Positions 27,680 to 39,799 of a DNA stretch of 64,000 bases are shown here, piece by piece (position 1 is the stretch's first letter; the number at the start of each line of letters is the position of its first letter). A model generated the notes under the pieces. That model saw nothing but the letters and a program-made list of their open reading frames with translations. It did not search any database and was not told where the DNA came from. The DNA comes from Psilocybe cubensis. Taxonomy: Eukaryota. The translations under genes were made by a program, and so were the position numbers. The stretch spans positions 1,240,001 to 1,304,000 of the forward strand of contig CM039006.1 of NCBI GenBank assembly GCA_017499595.2, in the 5' to 3' direction.

Positions 27680-28163
27680 AATTCCTCCTTTTCGGAGGGT
27701 GTTAGTATATTAAACGGTAGGTTAGCGTATCGCAAATGGGTTTCGCAGGGCTGTGAGTGAAAAGGGCAGATGTACAAGAGACACAAAGTTGAACTGACTT
27801 CGAAGGAGAGGACAAGGATAGCGCATCGATTGGCACGCTCATATTTGGCTATAAAAATACATGAACAAATAAATGATACGCGACACACACGTGACCGTAT
27901 TCACGCTCTTAATGACCGTCAATCCAACGCGTCGGCCCCTAATCCCATCTTGAGTTCAGAAGGAAAACTTTGAACGTTGAACTTTGAATGAAACCAGATA
28001 GTTGATGCTACGTCTGTCTATTAGTATTGTTGCCGTATCTTTACAACCCTTCCCAATTTAGCGACCCCTCAAGCTCCTTGCCTCTGTCCTGGATTTGCTG
28101 TGCAGAGTGAACAATTTTGTGAGCATCGACGAGTTGTTATGTTAATAGAAAAGAGATACTGCA

Positions 28164-28234
28164 TCCTTGTTAGCATATCGGTTAGTGCACGCGCCTGTCA
28201 CAAAAAAGCATGTCCGCACAAAAGAGACAGAGAG
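28164..28234 (+). pseudogene. tRNA-Asp(GUC) pseudogene lacking the T-arm
   Basis: TCCTTGTTAGCATATCGGTTAGTGCACGCGCCTGTCA...AAAGCATGTCCGCACAAAAG-AGACAGAGAG aligns to the intact tRNA-Asp at 28603-28688, including part of its intron. It lacks CTGGGTTCGACTCCC and has a broken anticodon stem. Confidence 0.85.
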
Positions 28235-28602
28235 CTATTTGACTTGTTCGACCAAGATTCCTGAGTGGATGTAAAGTGTTTTTTGTATATTCTTGGGTAA
28301 AAATTCAACTATAATTGGAAAGGTCCGTTCTGTCTCTGAGCCAGTAGCAACAGTTTTCGGTGGGTCGGAATGCAGCTATTGCGACCAATGGATGCATATT
28401 GTTGCTATTGGAGTTATTTGTTCGCCTACTACTTTTATTGTGGGGAGTCAGACATTAACTCCAAACGTTGGTTGACTTTTGTACAACCTAGTGTTCGTCT
28501 TCGTAGTCCTGTATGAACAGTCATCGGTTCTATAATGTATTGCAGAAGGTCAACCTATACCTTACTACGACATATGTAAAGTCGGTGTCAAAAATTATTA
28601 TT

Positions 28603-28688
28603 CTCTCTGTCTGGGAGTCGAACCCAGCTTTCGCGCGGACGTGCTTTCGCATGACAGGCGCGTGTACTAACCGATATACTAACAAAGA
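28603..28688 (-). tRNA. tRNA-Asp(GUC) with 14-nt intron
   Basis: Reverse complement reads TCTTTGT TAGTATATCGGTTAGTACA CGCGC CT GTC A[tgcgaaagcacgtc]C GCGCG AAAG CTGGGTTCGACTCCCAG ACAGAGA G. Confidence 0.93.
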
Positions 28689-28873
28689 CATATAAATAGT
28701 TTTACAAATTTTTGATGGCGACCAGGTAAGAAGCCGGAAATATTAATAAGCGGCGTATTACGCCCTGAATGTTTGCAGGTTGGCTCCTATGATGTCAGTA
28801 CCATTGCGATGCCCTTGCACACCAGTCCCTGTTTTTTGGGTTCGATCACACAGGCACTCTTCATCTAACTTCC

Positions 28874-31138
28874 ATGACAGACTATATTCGACGACTAGTT
28901 TCAGGAAACAAAGCCAGGTTTAAGGATCGTGAGCTCAATCTGGAACTCGGTGAGCGTTCACCTGTGGTAATGTTCGGATTCGCATAAACGTTTCTAACAA
29001 AAGGTCGTAGACCTTGTATATGTCACTGACCAGGTCATCATTATGGGATACCCTGCCTCGGGTATCGAAGGACTCTATCGGAACCGTAGAGAAGATGCTA
29101 AGAGATTCCTGGACGCCAGGCATGGGAAGAACTATTGGGTCTTCAATTTTTGTCCCCTGAAAGAGAATTCGTATGAATCGGATATTTTTGAGGGAAGAGT
29201 TAGCCGCTACCCTTTTCCAGACCATCAGTGAGCAGGGAAAGGTCATCGAAAAGGTTCCCGTTTGACACAAGTTTACAGCGCACCACCTCTCGTCATCATG
29301 CCACTTGTTGCCAGAGAAATGGATGCTTGGCTGAGTGGTTCTCCTGATCGTGTGGCAGTTTTGCATTGCAAGGGTAAGTAACTTCATTCTGAATAATTGT
29401 CGCTTGTGAACTATCTATCGCAGCCGGGAAAGGACGCTCAGGCACTATGGCCTGTACCTATCTTCTCTCCCTCGGCGATGTACCGCAGCCTCCTCAATTG
29501 GAGCGTAATCAGACTTCGAAAGAGCGGGCCAAGCGACGCATTGAAGATGCTCTCGATGTCCTCCCACCTGATGAGGAAAACCAGCCACCGGTGGCCTCAA
29601 GACCAACGTCTCCTCCGTTCGTAACACCCGCTATTGGAATCTCCGACACAGCTGGAATATTCGATGCAGAGTCAGGTGGACGGCCTTCCATACCTACCGC
29701 TGGAGCGGAAAAATCGTTTACGGACTCTTTGAAAGGCGTACTTGATTTGCACACTGCTCGCCGCATGAAGCCTCCTTCTGAGCAAGATGGAAAGGCAAAG
29801 CAAGGTGTCAGCATACCCAGTCAACGACGGTTTTTGTATTATTGGGCGCTCATTCTTGCTCATGAGGCTCCAAGTCACCTCTGGGGACTCGGCAGCCTCA
29901 AATCGACGAATATCAATCTTCAGTCATCATGCCTCGACAAAAATGCGATCCAGCGGCCAAAAGTACTACTTACGCAGCTCAACATTCGGATGCGGGAGAC
30001 TTCTAACATGAAAATGAATTTCGTCAAAGCGGCAAATATGGTTATCGAAAGAACCAACATGGCTAAGGCTCCCGAGAACACGTCTACGCAACTTTGGGCG
30101 TCGATGGCCCGTTACGATGATAAGATGGTCAATCTACTTGAGGAATGGGAGGCTTACACACGCGATTCGAGTGGAAATATGGGCAAACGGAGGCCTGGGT
30201 CGGACCATCTACCACGCGGGGAGTCCACTGAGGATGAAGTGTTAAGTCATATATTTAAAACCGGAAAATGGGACAAAGGAAAGATGGTGCGGAGTTTTGC
30301 TCGTCTTGGGGTGACAGATTCCAAGAAAAATGAAGGTTCGGTCGTCATTGATGAGAAGGTGGGGTAATTCTTTCCTTTTTCTTAAACTGGGCTGAGAGAA
30401 GATAAGTAGCATGGGAAGATTCGTGTCTATGCCTTGCGCCCTCTGTCAGACAAGAGATGGGAGGGCTTGAAGCATGATTTACACAAACACTCGGCCCAAA
30501 ATAACGATGAACATCAGACGATAGAGGCCAACGCAACGACTCTCGGAGTATCTCGTTCAGAAGCTAATTCGATTAATGAGGTAGTACCCAAGGATGCAAA
30601 AGTAGATCACAAGATTGAAAATGGCATCATTTTGGACGCTGCACGCGAAGTTAGAATCAAGCTTTATATGGGCCAGGTAGAATTTTCTCGTTGATATCCC
30701 TTCTCCAAACATTTAAAATTCAAAAAATAGGTTTTCATGGGGTGGTTCTGGTTCATACCAACATTTCACATGTCCCAGCCTCCACCATCTTCTACCAGTA
30801 CAGAAAAGGTAGATCCAACAATACTCAAAGCCAACATGACTCTCAGTCGCAAAGATATTGACTTTCCGCTGGGTGTTGGAAGCGCCATTATTGACATTGA
30901 CATTCAAATGGAATGGGCTATGCCTTCCCCACCTTCCCCCTCAGCCGTTGACATTTCAAATCTCGAACCACCGTTGCGTACACGCACAGAGGATTCGAAA
31001 ATAGGTACGGACCCTGAGCCTGAGCAGAGTGGGCTGGCGGCTGCCTTGCAGGCCATTGTAGGTAGTGATGGGATGGAAGGGATGGGGAATGTTGGCGTTC
31101 GAGAGACTGTCGAGGCAAAACAAGGTGCAGACGAGTAG
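28874..31138 (+). CDS. PTEN/Tep1-like phosphoinositide 3-phosphatase, multi-exon
   Basis: RRLVSGNKARF, DLVYVTDQVIIMGYPA..EGLYRN, FPDH-HAP, catalytic HCK-AGKGRSG (CX5R), GVSIPSQRRFLYY and WFWFIP. Confidence 0.9.
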
Positions 31139-31302
31139 ATTTACAAGCAATGAAACATACGATGTGTATTTTTTTATTTCATTGATAGTATAACATCGCA
31201 AATATTTTTGACCCTTACTGTGAATCTGAAGACCTTTCGATCTAAAAGGAGTTCTATCATAATGTAATGGTGAATTATGATATCTTTGAGACGTAAGACA
31301 TG

Positions 31303-31388
31303 TCTCTGTTAGTATATCGGTTAGTACACGCGCCTGTCAGGCGTTTACCAGATCGCGCGAAAGCTGGGTTCGACTCCCAGACAGAGAG
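31303..31388 (+). tRNA. tRNA-Asp(GUC) with 14-nt intron
   Basis: TCTCTGT TAGTATATCGGTTAGTACA CGCGC CT GTC A[ggcgtttaccagat]C GCGCG AAAG CTGGGTTCGACTCCCAG ACAGAGA G, with a downstream T-run. Confidence 0.94.
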
Positions 31389-31606
31389 ATAATCTTGACT
31401 TTTTGTTATGAGAAACACAGAACCAGTCTTTCTCGCAAACACATTTACCATGCACCCCACAGCATGTCCTCAAATATTTAGAAGATTTCAATCCATACGT
31501 TTAAACGTTGTCGTGTATTTCTTTGCGAGAATTCATTATTTACCCCTATTTTTATACCTTTTGATGCCACCTGACGTGGTCAGTCATTTCTGCGTTCCGA
31601 ACGTCC

Positions 31607-32576
31607 ATGACCACAAAAGCTGACCACTCAGACTCTGAAGATGACGGTGATTACGTTCCTCCTATAGATGAAGGTGTAGTGTTAATCCAATGCCTTTGTA
31701 AATATTACTGATTGTTGATTTCAGGCTCAGATTCTGACCATTCAAGTGATGCTGGTGGTGAGGATGAAACTAACCACATATCGTTACCTAGAGAAGATCC
31801 TGAGTCCAAGAAGAAGTAATTAAATCTTCTACAACTTCAATGTGAACATGATATATAATGCACAGGGAACGAGATGCATTGTGGTCAAACTTTCAAGCCT
31901 CTGTGGCAGAATCTTCGAATCCTCGAAACCCAGTGTCAGTGTCGACGAGGGTAGTGAAAGTTGAAAGAAAGTTTTTATTTGCGGGAAAGGAAGTTATGTA
32001 CGTTGGACAACTATAACTATCGTGTTTGTAATGTTGACCTTTCTGTGATATCTGGCTAGTGATGTTGTTGAAGTACCCGAAGACACGCCTGAGGCCAAGA
32101 AATGGCCGTTGTGGAAGGAGACTATCGAAGATTCGGCGAGCACTCCCGTTCAGAATAGCAAAGAATCTTCGTCGTCATTTCCCATAGCATCTACGACGGA
32201 ATCCATTCTAAAGGATGATATGACGCCGGTTGGCACCCGTGCATCGAATGCCAATACCGGGACTCTTTCTTCCAGCGTTTCAATATCAGACAAGCCTGCA
32301 CCTAGGAAACCTGGACCTAGAAAGTCGAAAATTACCCTGGCTCCTCTTCCGGGTCCTGCCAAAGCGAAGAAGATGACGACGTTAGAGAAGTCTGCGATGG
32401 ATTGGAAAAGGCACATCCAGTCTCCAGATGAATCGGGCTCCTCAATACAGGACGAGCTAGAGGCAAATCGAAGGGCAGGTGGATATTTAGAGAAAGTGGA
32501 CTTTCTCAAACGGGTGGATGAACGCAAAGAAGAGACACTGGAGTCTTTGAAAAGTAACAAGCGACGCAGGCTTTAG
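31607..32576 (+). CDS. SWC5: SWR1-complex subunit Swc5 / CFDP1 (BCNT domain), multi-exon
   Basis: Acidic N-terminus (DSEDDGDYVP), KFLFAGKEV, and BCNT-C motif KKMTTLEKSAMDW..ELEANRR.GGYLEKVDFLKRV. Confidence 0.87.
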
Positions 32577-32596
32577 GTAGGGGCATACAGAATTTA

Positions 32597-34184
32597 CCTT
32601 GCAGGGGAAGCGAGGGAAGCGAGGGAAGTGCGAGGGAAGTGCAGGGGAAGTGCGCAGAAGTACTTATTAAATATTGTCAAAAACATTAGTTTTTTGGAGT
32701 GTCTGATGTATCTACAAGTCGTAGCGTATGTTTTTTCCTCTGAAAGACTGTGCGATGTATTGTATGAACAAAAATTAACCCAATTTTTATTTCGATGGTA
32801 GAGTGTCACATGTGACATACACCTTTGACTATGCGCCAACGTCAAAAGCCTAACTTTGTCACTAGGTCGGTCAATATATCTAATACTGTAGTCCTTCTAA
32901 AGTACAACTGGGTTAATTTATAATGAGTAACATATATCATTTTCATGTGAAAGCACCTAGAACCACTCAAGATCTGCAACCTTTTATGTGGGAACAAAGG
33001 CTTAAGGCCGACACAACGGGTATGCCATGTGCCACATACCATGGGCGCTTATTGTAAGTTTATTCAATCTCAACTTTTCTAAGGGTATATCCAGTCATCA
33101 ATCCTCATTAACTTCAGCGTGACACTTGCACTTCCCCTGCACTTCCCCTGCACTTCCCTGCACTTCCCTGCACTTCCCTTGCACTTCCCAACGGAAAATT
33201 ATGCCTATGCACGTCCAGCGCACTTCCCATGCACTTCCCTGCACTTCCCTGCGCTTCCCTGCGCTTCCCTGCACTTCCGATTCAAATTCAAGTGTAAAGA
33301 CATTTTATTCCTGTTAGACGCACAGAGGTCGTTCTTGGTAAGAGATTACTCTGCCATTATAATTAACTTTTGTTCAATCCCTTTCAACAGAAATTTATTA
33401 AACATGTTATCGATTATTTCGACGAAAATGAACCAGATACATCCAAAAGGGAGCGCTCTCCGAGTGAAGACTTTAGTGAAGAGACAAGAAATCCCCCCCT
33501 CTATATCAAGGACTCAAAGGGTGACGCTCTCAATTGCTCTCAATTCATTTATCTATAACATTAACATACAAACAAGGTCAGTTTGTTCGATATACCCCCA
33601 GTTCCAAATACAAGAAAAAGCCATTGGGTGAACCGAAGACCGAAGGTATGTAGTAATGCCTTTGAAATTGTGCATTAGATGCATTAAGGTGGAACCCATT
33701 CGGCGGACTTCCAGAATACTTCAACTTTGGTGATTGAGAAGGGGATGACAGTGAACTCGAGGTATGCGGTTTAATATTTTATTCATACAAGGGTAGTTGC
33801 TCAAGAATTGCAAACTAGCCCGGGCCTCAATACTTAGCTTACCACACAATCTATCATGAAATAACTTATAAATTTACTTCTATTCAATTATTTACACTAC
33901 TATCTATCACAATATGACTTTTTTTAGTGGTACAAGCCTCGTTCAATGTAGAGGAACAGTGACGACCAAGAAAGACGACACAAGTTTGTTGAAGTCAGTT
34001 TATCCCACGCTCCATCACCCGACCTGCCTCAACACGGTTCGAACGCACGCACATGCACGTCCCTCAGCCACTTCCGCACGTCCCTCAGCCAATCGCGCAC
34101 GTCCCTCAACCACTCGCGCACGTCGCACTGCCCGCACTTCCCGCACTGCACTTCCCTTGCACTTCCCTCGCTTCCCCTGCAAGG
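32597..34184. mobile_element. 1588-bp non-autonomous TIR DNA transposon with TA target-site duplication and modular subterminal/internal repeats
   Basis: Left end TA|CCTTGCAGGGGAAGCGAGGGAAG; right end CTTCCCTCGCTTCCCCTGCAAGG|TA (23-bp perfect TIR). Arrays of GCACTTCCC(C)T occur near both ends and internally. No transposase ORF. Confidence 0.85.
33129..33278 (+). repeat. Tandem 10-11-bp GCACTTCCC(C)T arrays inside the TIR element
   Basis: Two blocks of about six copies each (33129-33189 and 33219-33278), the same motif as the subterminal repeats. Confidence 0.9.
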
Positions 34185-34620
34185 TAAATTTCCTGTGCCC
34201 TTTAGGTAGTGGGTTTCTATTTACTATACGTTCTGTATTTGCTTATGGCCATATAGTTGTGACGGACTTTGATTATAGATATGCCTCAATTTTCTCCCCG
34301 TGAAGCAAAAAAGAATGACGTTATTCGATGCGTGGTGGGTGGGTGATTCAAACGAAGCGCCGCATTCACACCAGACGAAATCAATGTCCTAGAACGGTAC
34401 GTTCCCTGTCGAGTATGGTCTGCTCTATCCCGAATGCAATTGCCTGCAATGTACCCTGTTCAAATCCAATACCTTCAGTTTTTTTGATCGCCTTGTTGGC
34501 TTCGAAGTGTCGACTCAAGGTGCGCTTTTCCGTGATCGTCTGTTCTTTGGCAATTGTATTGTTATTCATTGGGATGCATCGATCAAGTTGTGAACCAGGG
34601 GAATCCTAATCTTTACTTTA

Positions 34621-34636
34621 CCCCCCCCCCCCCCCC
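34621..34636. repeat. C16 homopolymer
   Basis: 16 consecutive C. Confidence 0.9.
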
Positions 34637-35097
34637 AACAACAGAATCAAATTTCAAAGGCACGAACCTATATCTGATAAGCGATGTTTGAAGGGTGTCA
34701 TTTGTATATTATATCCAGCTGAGATACTTGACCCATAAACTCGTTCAAAGGATAGATTGAACAAGCCACGGTTTCAGTTGACGTACTCCTCATAAGTTGA
34801 ATTCCTACTTTTGAAATATTTTCAAACATTGTGCAAGCACCCTCCATTTGGACTAAGAAAACATTAATGCGTCTGTCGGATATCTGGCAGACAAAAACTC
34901 TATGATGGTTGAAATTTACCCGAATAAATTGGTTTCTTGGAAGGCATACGGGTCAAATGAAAGCAGATGTAAACACAGTCAAGAAGCTCCCACGAAGCTG
35001 TCCTATAAGCTACACCTACAAAAGGGTACGATTATATCTCCCAGACAAATTGCTATCATAGTTTTTTTAAGCCCCGAAAAACCCACCTCTCTCACCA

Positions 35098-36651
35098 TTA
35101 AAATAGGTTTATAATTTTTATGTTGAGTTCCGACGGCGAGAAATACACCAAACGACCAGAAACTGGGCACACACTTACTGCATACTGATTCGTCAGTCCC
35201 TCTGTAACAAACAAGGTGTTAACTTGGCTGAGTTGAGTTTGGAATGATAGCTTTGTATAGCCCGTGTGGCAATGAATTCCTTTCGAGCTGATCCAAGGAG
35301 CTACCATATTCTCCCCGCATACGCGATATGGAATCAATGACCTTCCCCGTGAAGAGTCGACTTCGAACGTCGAGATTGGTTGCATGGACATATGATCAGG
35401 TAACTTCTCATTGCAGGTGAATTCGTATCTCGAGAACTCCAGAACTGTGTCTCCCTGGAAACTTGGACTGGACTTCACGATATCGAGCCATAGTGGCTGC
35501 GGGCTTCCGGTATACCAGTCATTTAGACCGAAGCAGCAATATTGATCGGGAAGGTTTGAAATTTCACTCCCATACTGGATAACTTGGATAGGCGCTTGTA
35601 TTTCCGGTTGTTTGTGGAGCATCCCGTCATCACCAGAGAGTTCTGGCACCCTCCACACCGTAATGTTCTCATCATGAAGCAAGACAATATAATGACGGCT
35701 CATCAAGATCTGGAAACGTCCAAAAGAAATTCAAGACTCATGGCACACACTGCGATGGATATCGTACCTGTCGAGACATGTGGCGGACATCCATGGTTGT
35801 CGTTTTGCTTGTTTTCGTGTTCCATAATTGAATCGTTGGACCATATACAATCGCTACAATGTCCCCGCAGACCGTTGTATAGTCAATACTATATGAATTG
35901 GTGACAGACAGAGTTGCCTTGCATATAAATCCTGACGACGGATCATTGTGAGCCATTTCCAGTACATGGAATGTATCACTACTGGACGCGATGAACGGAA
36001 TGAAAAAGGACTGTAGATAGAGCTTACTTGTTTGTATCGAAGTCTGTACGAGAAGGGATAGTAAGGATCCTGATGGATAAACCGTCAGAGGATGGATGAA
36101 TTGTGCACACAGCTGTGTCCATCCATCGCCGACCCATGAGTTTCGGAGTGGCCATACAGGACAAGCTCAGATCCCATAAAGATAGATATCCCACTAGAAG
36201 AGTTACTAGAAACCGACCTCCTGGTATGAGAAACAGTTCATGAGGTCTACCAGCATCGTATTCAATGAGTTCTTCAGACAAAGTGGTGATATGAATCGGA
36301 GGGGTTGGCTGATCAGTGTATTTATTGACGATCTTCTCCCATTTTTGGGGGCCCATAGCAGCGCGTTCCATATCTCTGATACTCATTTCCTCTATCGGAA
36401 AAGAAGGATCGTATACGGTGTTCTCGATACACATTCCTTTTAATGCTGCGATCCATACGACCCGAAGGAATGTTGCTGTGCAAATGGTTTTACATGTCTA
36501 CAAGAATCGTTAAAAATATCAGCATCATATGCCTTGTGGACCCGCAGTCCAGAGGACCTCGTACCTTCCTCATAGTGAGGATGTCTGACGGAGAAAGAAA
36601 ATTGAATATGTACACGTGAATGTCAATGGGCAACTGAAAGAGAACGGTCAT
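35098..36651 (-). CDS. F-box domain protein, multi-exon
   Basis: N-terminal LFQLPIDIHVYIFNFLSPSDILTMRK-TCK..VWI F-box, then LIPGGRFLVT..LSLWDL and C-terminal CPVSGRL (beta-propeller-like region). Confidence 0.8.
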
Positions 36652-37898
36652 GGCAGTCGTGATGAAAGATTTGGCATGATCGCAGTATCCACCTTGCCGT
36701 CAGATCGTTCGGAAGTTTAAACTCCGACCTGAGATGCCCTTTTCAGATCCCATATTCTAAAAAAAAAAAGGTTTTCAGCACTTAGATTAGGAAAAACGAA
36801 ACGTATAAAATGGGCCAACTATACTTGTCACCTCCAATAACGCAGTTAATTTATCGGAAAATTAATTAGGTCTTAAACCTTTGAAAGAATTCAATAATTA
36901 CACGGAAAGATTGAATAATTTTCACCCATTTATAGTATAATATGTCCTCCGCGCGCCTACAATCATTATCAAAAAGAATAATGAACCTGACGGAGGGCTC
37001 CATGATCCATGCACAGCGTGGATTAAAGGTGCAACAGAATATTACGCAACATAGGTGAAATGTCGAGTTTCGGTTAGCCTGTCGGCAAGGTGTTAGGCCA
37101 TGCCCCACTGCGCAACAATTTTATAACAGTGTGATTGGAAGTAACCCTGCGCCGCAGCATTTTGTAAGGGTGCGTTATATCACAGAAAGCTGTATGCGTC
37201 TTTGTACTTTCTAGCAGAAGAACTTCTATGAGTGACTTTCAGTCGATTGAGTAGTATATTATGAGTACCAGCAGTTTTAATTATTGGTCTGCGTGTACTC
37301 GATGTTGAAAGAAGTTTAAAAGCCAAAAGAGGCGCCAATATCTGCGGATTGCAAAGAAGTTCAACAAATTTAGAACATATCCCCAAGAGCAAAGCAACAA
37401 GTATATTCCGGTACAATTTTAGCATCAGGACGAGTTGTGAGATATAACTGTGACTTTAATCGACAAAACAAAATACCCAGGATTGTTTCTGCGAGTCGAT
37501 ATAGTCGATATAGCCATAAATACAAGGAAAAACCATATGGTATAGGTTGCTACCAATTGACATAACATACTTGGAAGTCTCCATATAACAGACCTTTCTA
37601 GGAGGCATTATTACAGTGTCTGCTCTGGCATTTCAGCATGTTTTAAATGACTCTGAGGGATACGCAGCCTAATTCTAGCCGAATACCGAAGAACAAATCA
37701 AAAAACTGGGATATACAGACGCAGATATCTGCATCTCTGCTCTTAGAGGTAACTTTGATGGAGTCTCTATTTTTTCCTTGACAATCTATGAGAAAATATT
37801 CCGAAGCGTTTCCATATAACTACATAGAAGCAAGCGACAAAGGAGCTGCTTTTCCTCCTCCGTATTTAACAAATTATCCGCCTTACTTCCAGCTTCCT

Positions 37899-39214
37899 AT
37901 GTTCAGCAATATCCGACCAACGATTTCGAGTTCAACCAGCCGAAAATCTTTTCGTTGGCTTGTACTCATTATCGTATTTATCGTCCTGTATGCCTTCCTT
38001 TTAGATGACATGGTTAGGCCTCCCACTCGGCCTTTGAAGTTGGACGATTTCGAAGCAGCAGAAATGGGCATAGCCTCTCCTTCCACAAACACCACTAAGA
38101 TAATCATCGTGTCCGCCATGTTTCCCCTGGAGAAGTCAAAGCACTCTAAACACGAGTATAAAGCTTGGTTGAAAAACTTCCTAGCGCCTATCACCACGGA
38201 CATCTACATGTACACAACTCCAGAACTTGCAGAGATGCTCCAGGAGTTCCGTGGAAACCTTCCTATTGTAGTCAACACCTCTTACGCTTCGCCATTTGAA
38301 ATTCCCCCGTTGCGCGGACTTCAAGAAACATACACTAGGATGAACGACGTTGACAAGGAGAAGTGGCACCATTCTCCAGGGCTTTATGCCATATGGAACT
38401 CCAAACCTTTCTTATTGCACTCGGCGGTACAGCAATTGGAACAACAGGGAAAGTCGTATGATTATGCATTTTGGAGTGACGCAGGAAGCTTTAGGAGGGA
38501 GCACTATTATACCAACTGGCCTGACCCTGGACGAGTGCAGCAGGTCTGGGAGGAAGGGAGTAGATTGACGGGAACAAAGAAAGAAGAGCTGTTGTTCTTT
38601 CCTATTTTTGACCTCCCAAACAACAGCTTCAAAAATTGGAAGGTCAATATGGGACCACTCGCAAACCCAGTACAGTTCAGCGAAGGTGTGCATCTATTTA
38701 AACCTTATTTTGTCGTCTCTTACATGGTCATACAGGCTCTTTTTTTGGTGGTAGTCCGTTAACGGTGGCATGGTTCTCTGAAAAATTTTACGAATATCAC
38801 GACTATTATTTGTACCACTGGCTCTTTGTGGGAATCGATCAAGACGTGTTCAACGCTTTATTCTTGCTATTTCCCGAGCGAATCTTTACCGTTTGGATGA
38901 ACGACCCTGACTCCCCCGCACACGATGGAATTACTCCTAGTCCAAGTCTCAAACCGAGTCTGGAATCAGGTTTTCTTGGGGAATGTGGTCCAGAATGGTT
39001 CTATTACCAATTCTGGTTGGCAAACAGGGAAAATCGGGATCAAATGCGAACCCTCTGGATAGAGGAAGAAAGGTGGAGGCGGTTGGGTTGGTGGGCAGAG
39101 AGGAAACTTTGCCGTATGACAAGAGCCTCGTCTATGACAAGTCTACTGAAAGAGACATTTGGAACTGAGTGGACTAAACCATCTGGTTTGGTTAGCAAGC
39201 TCTCTTTCGTGTGA
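37899..39214 (+). CDS. Type II membrane protein, putative glycosyltransferase-like (HtrL/YibB-like); 2 exons
   Basis: N-terminal TM (WLVLIIVFIVLYAFLL); motifs YAIWNSKP, FWSDAGSFR, EG-SFFGG and GIDQDVFN. Intron at about 38687-38736 restores the frame. Alternative start at 37788. Confidence 0.7.
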
Positions 39215-39799
39215 GCTTTTCTTCTTACGTTGGGTATCTAGAATGATCTAATTATTGTCTTCCAGTGTTCCCCAGTAGAACCATTAATAGCATATGCTCG
39301 TGACAATGTACTTCACTGAGCGCTCAGCGATAATTGAAATAAGTATGTAATATGGTCGACTTTCACCCTATACTAATGCATATCATAGAGCATCTTTACC
39401 AAGAAGTTGAAGGGAACATACTAGTAGTTTCCTTAAAGTAAAGCGCCGGAATAATCCAGGTCCCAGAAGTTTGCCATGCTATCTGAACAATGCCTTCCCT
39501 TTATTTACTAGAAGCATAGTACACTTCCCTTTTTTTGTTTGTTTCACTACTGTATTTTCAGTGGCCGCAGCGACCAAGTAGACCGGCATCTTCCAGTCAC
39601 TAGTCACGTCACATGTAGCCTTTAGTAACGGCTACATACTTTAGTCACACTCAAATTCTCGCTTCTAACTGCAACTTGACTGCAACAACAAAGCGAAACG
39701 TCAAAACCAGTAATTGTTATAACGTCTTATACTCTGATTGGAAGGTCAGATCACGTTCATGGACCCAAAGGTTCAGTTCACAGACGGACAATATTGCAG

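Noticed and set aside
33119..34303. ORFs with LHFPA/CTSL repeats inside the TIR element; CRISPR-like appearance
   Set aside because: These are translations of the decamer arrays, with no DDE or HTH motifs. The repeats are directly tandem without unique spacers, and the genome is eukaryotic.
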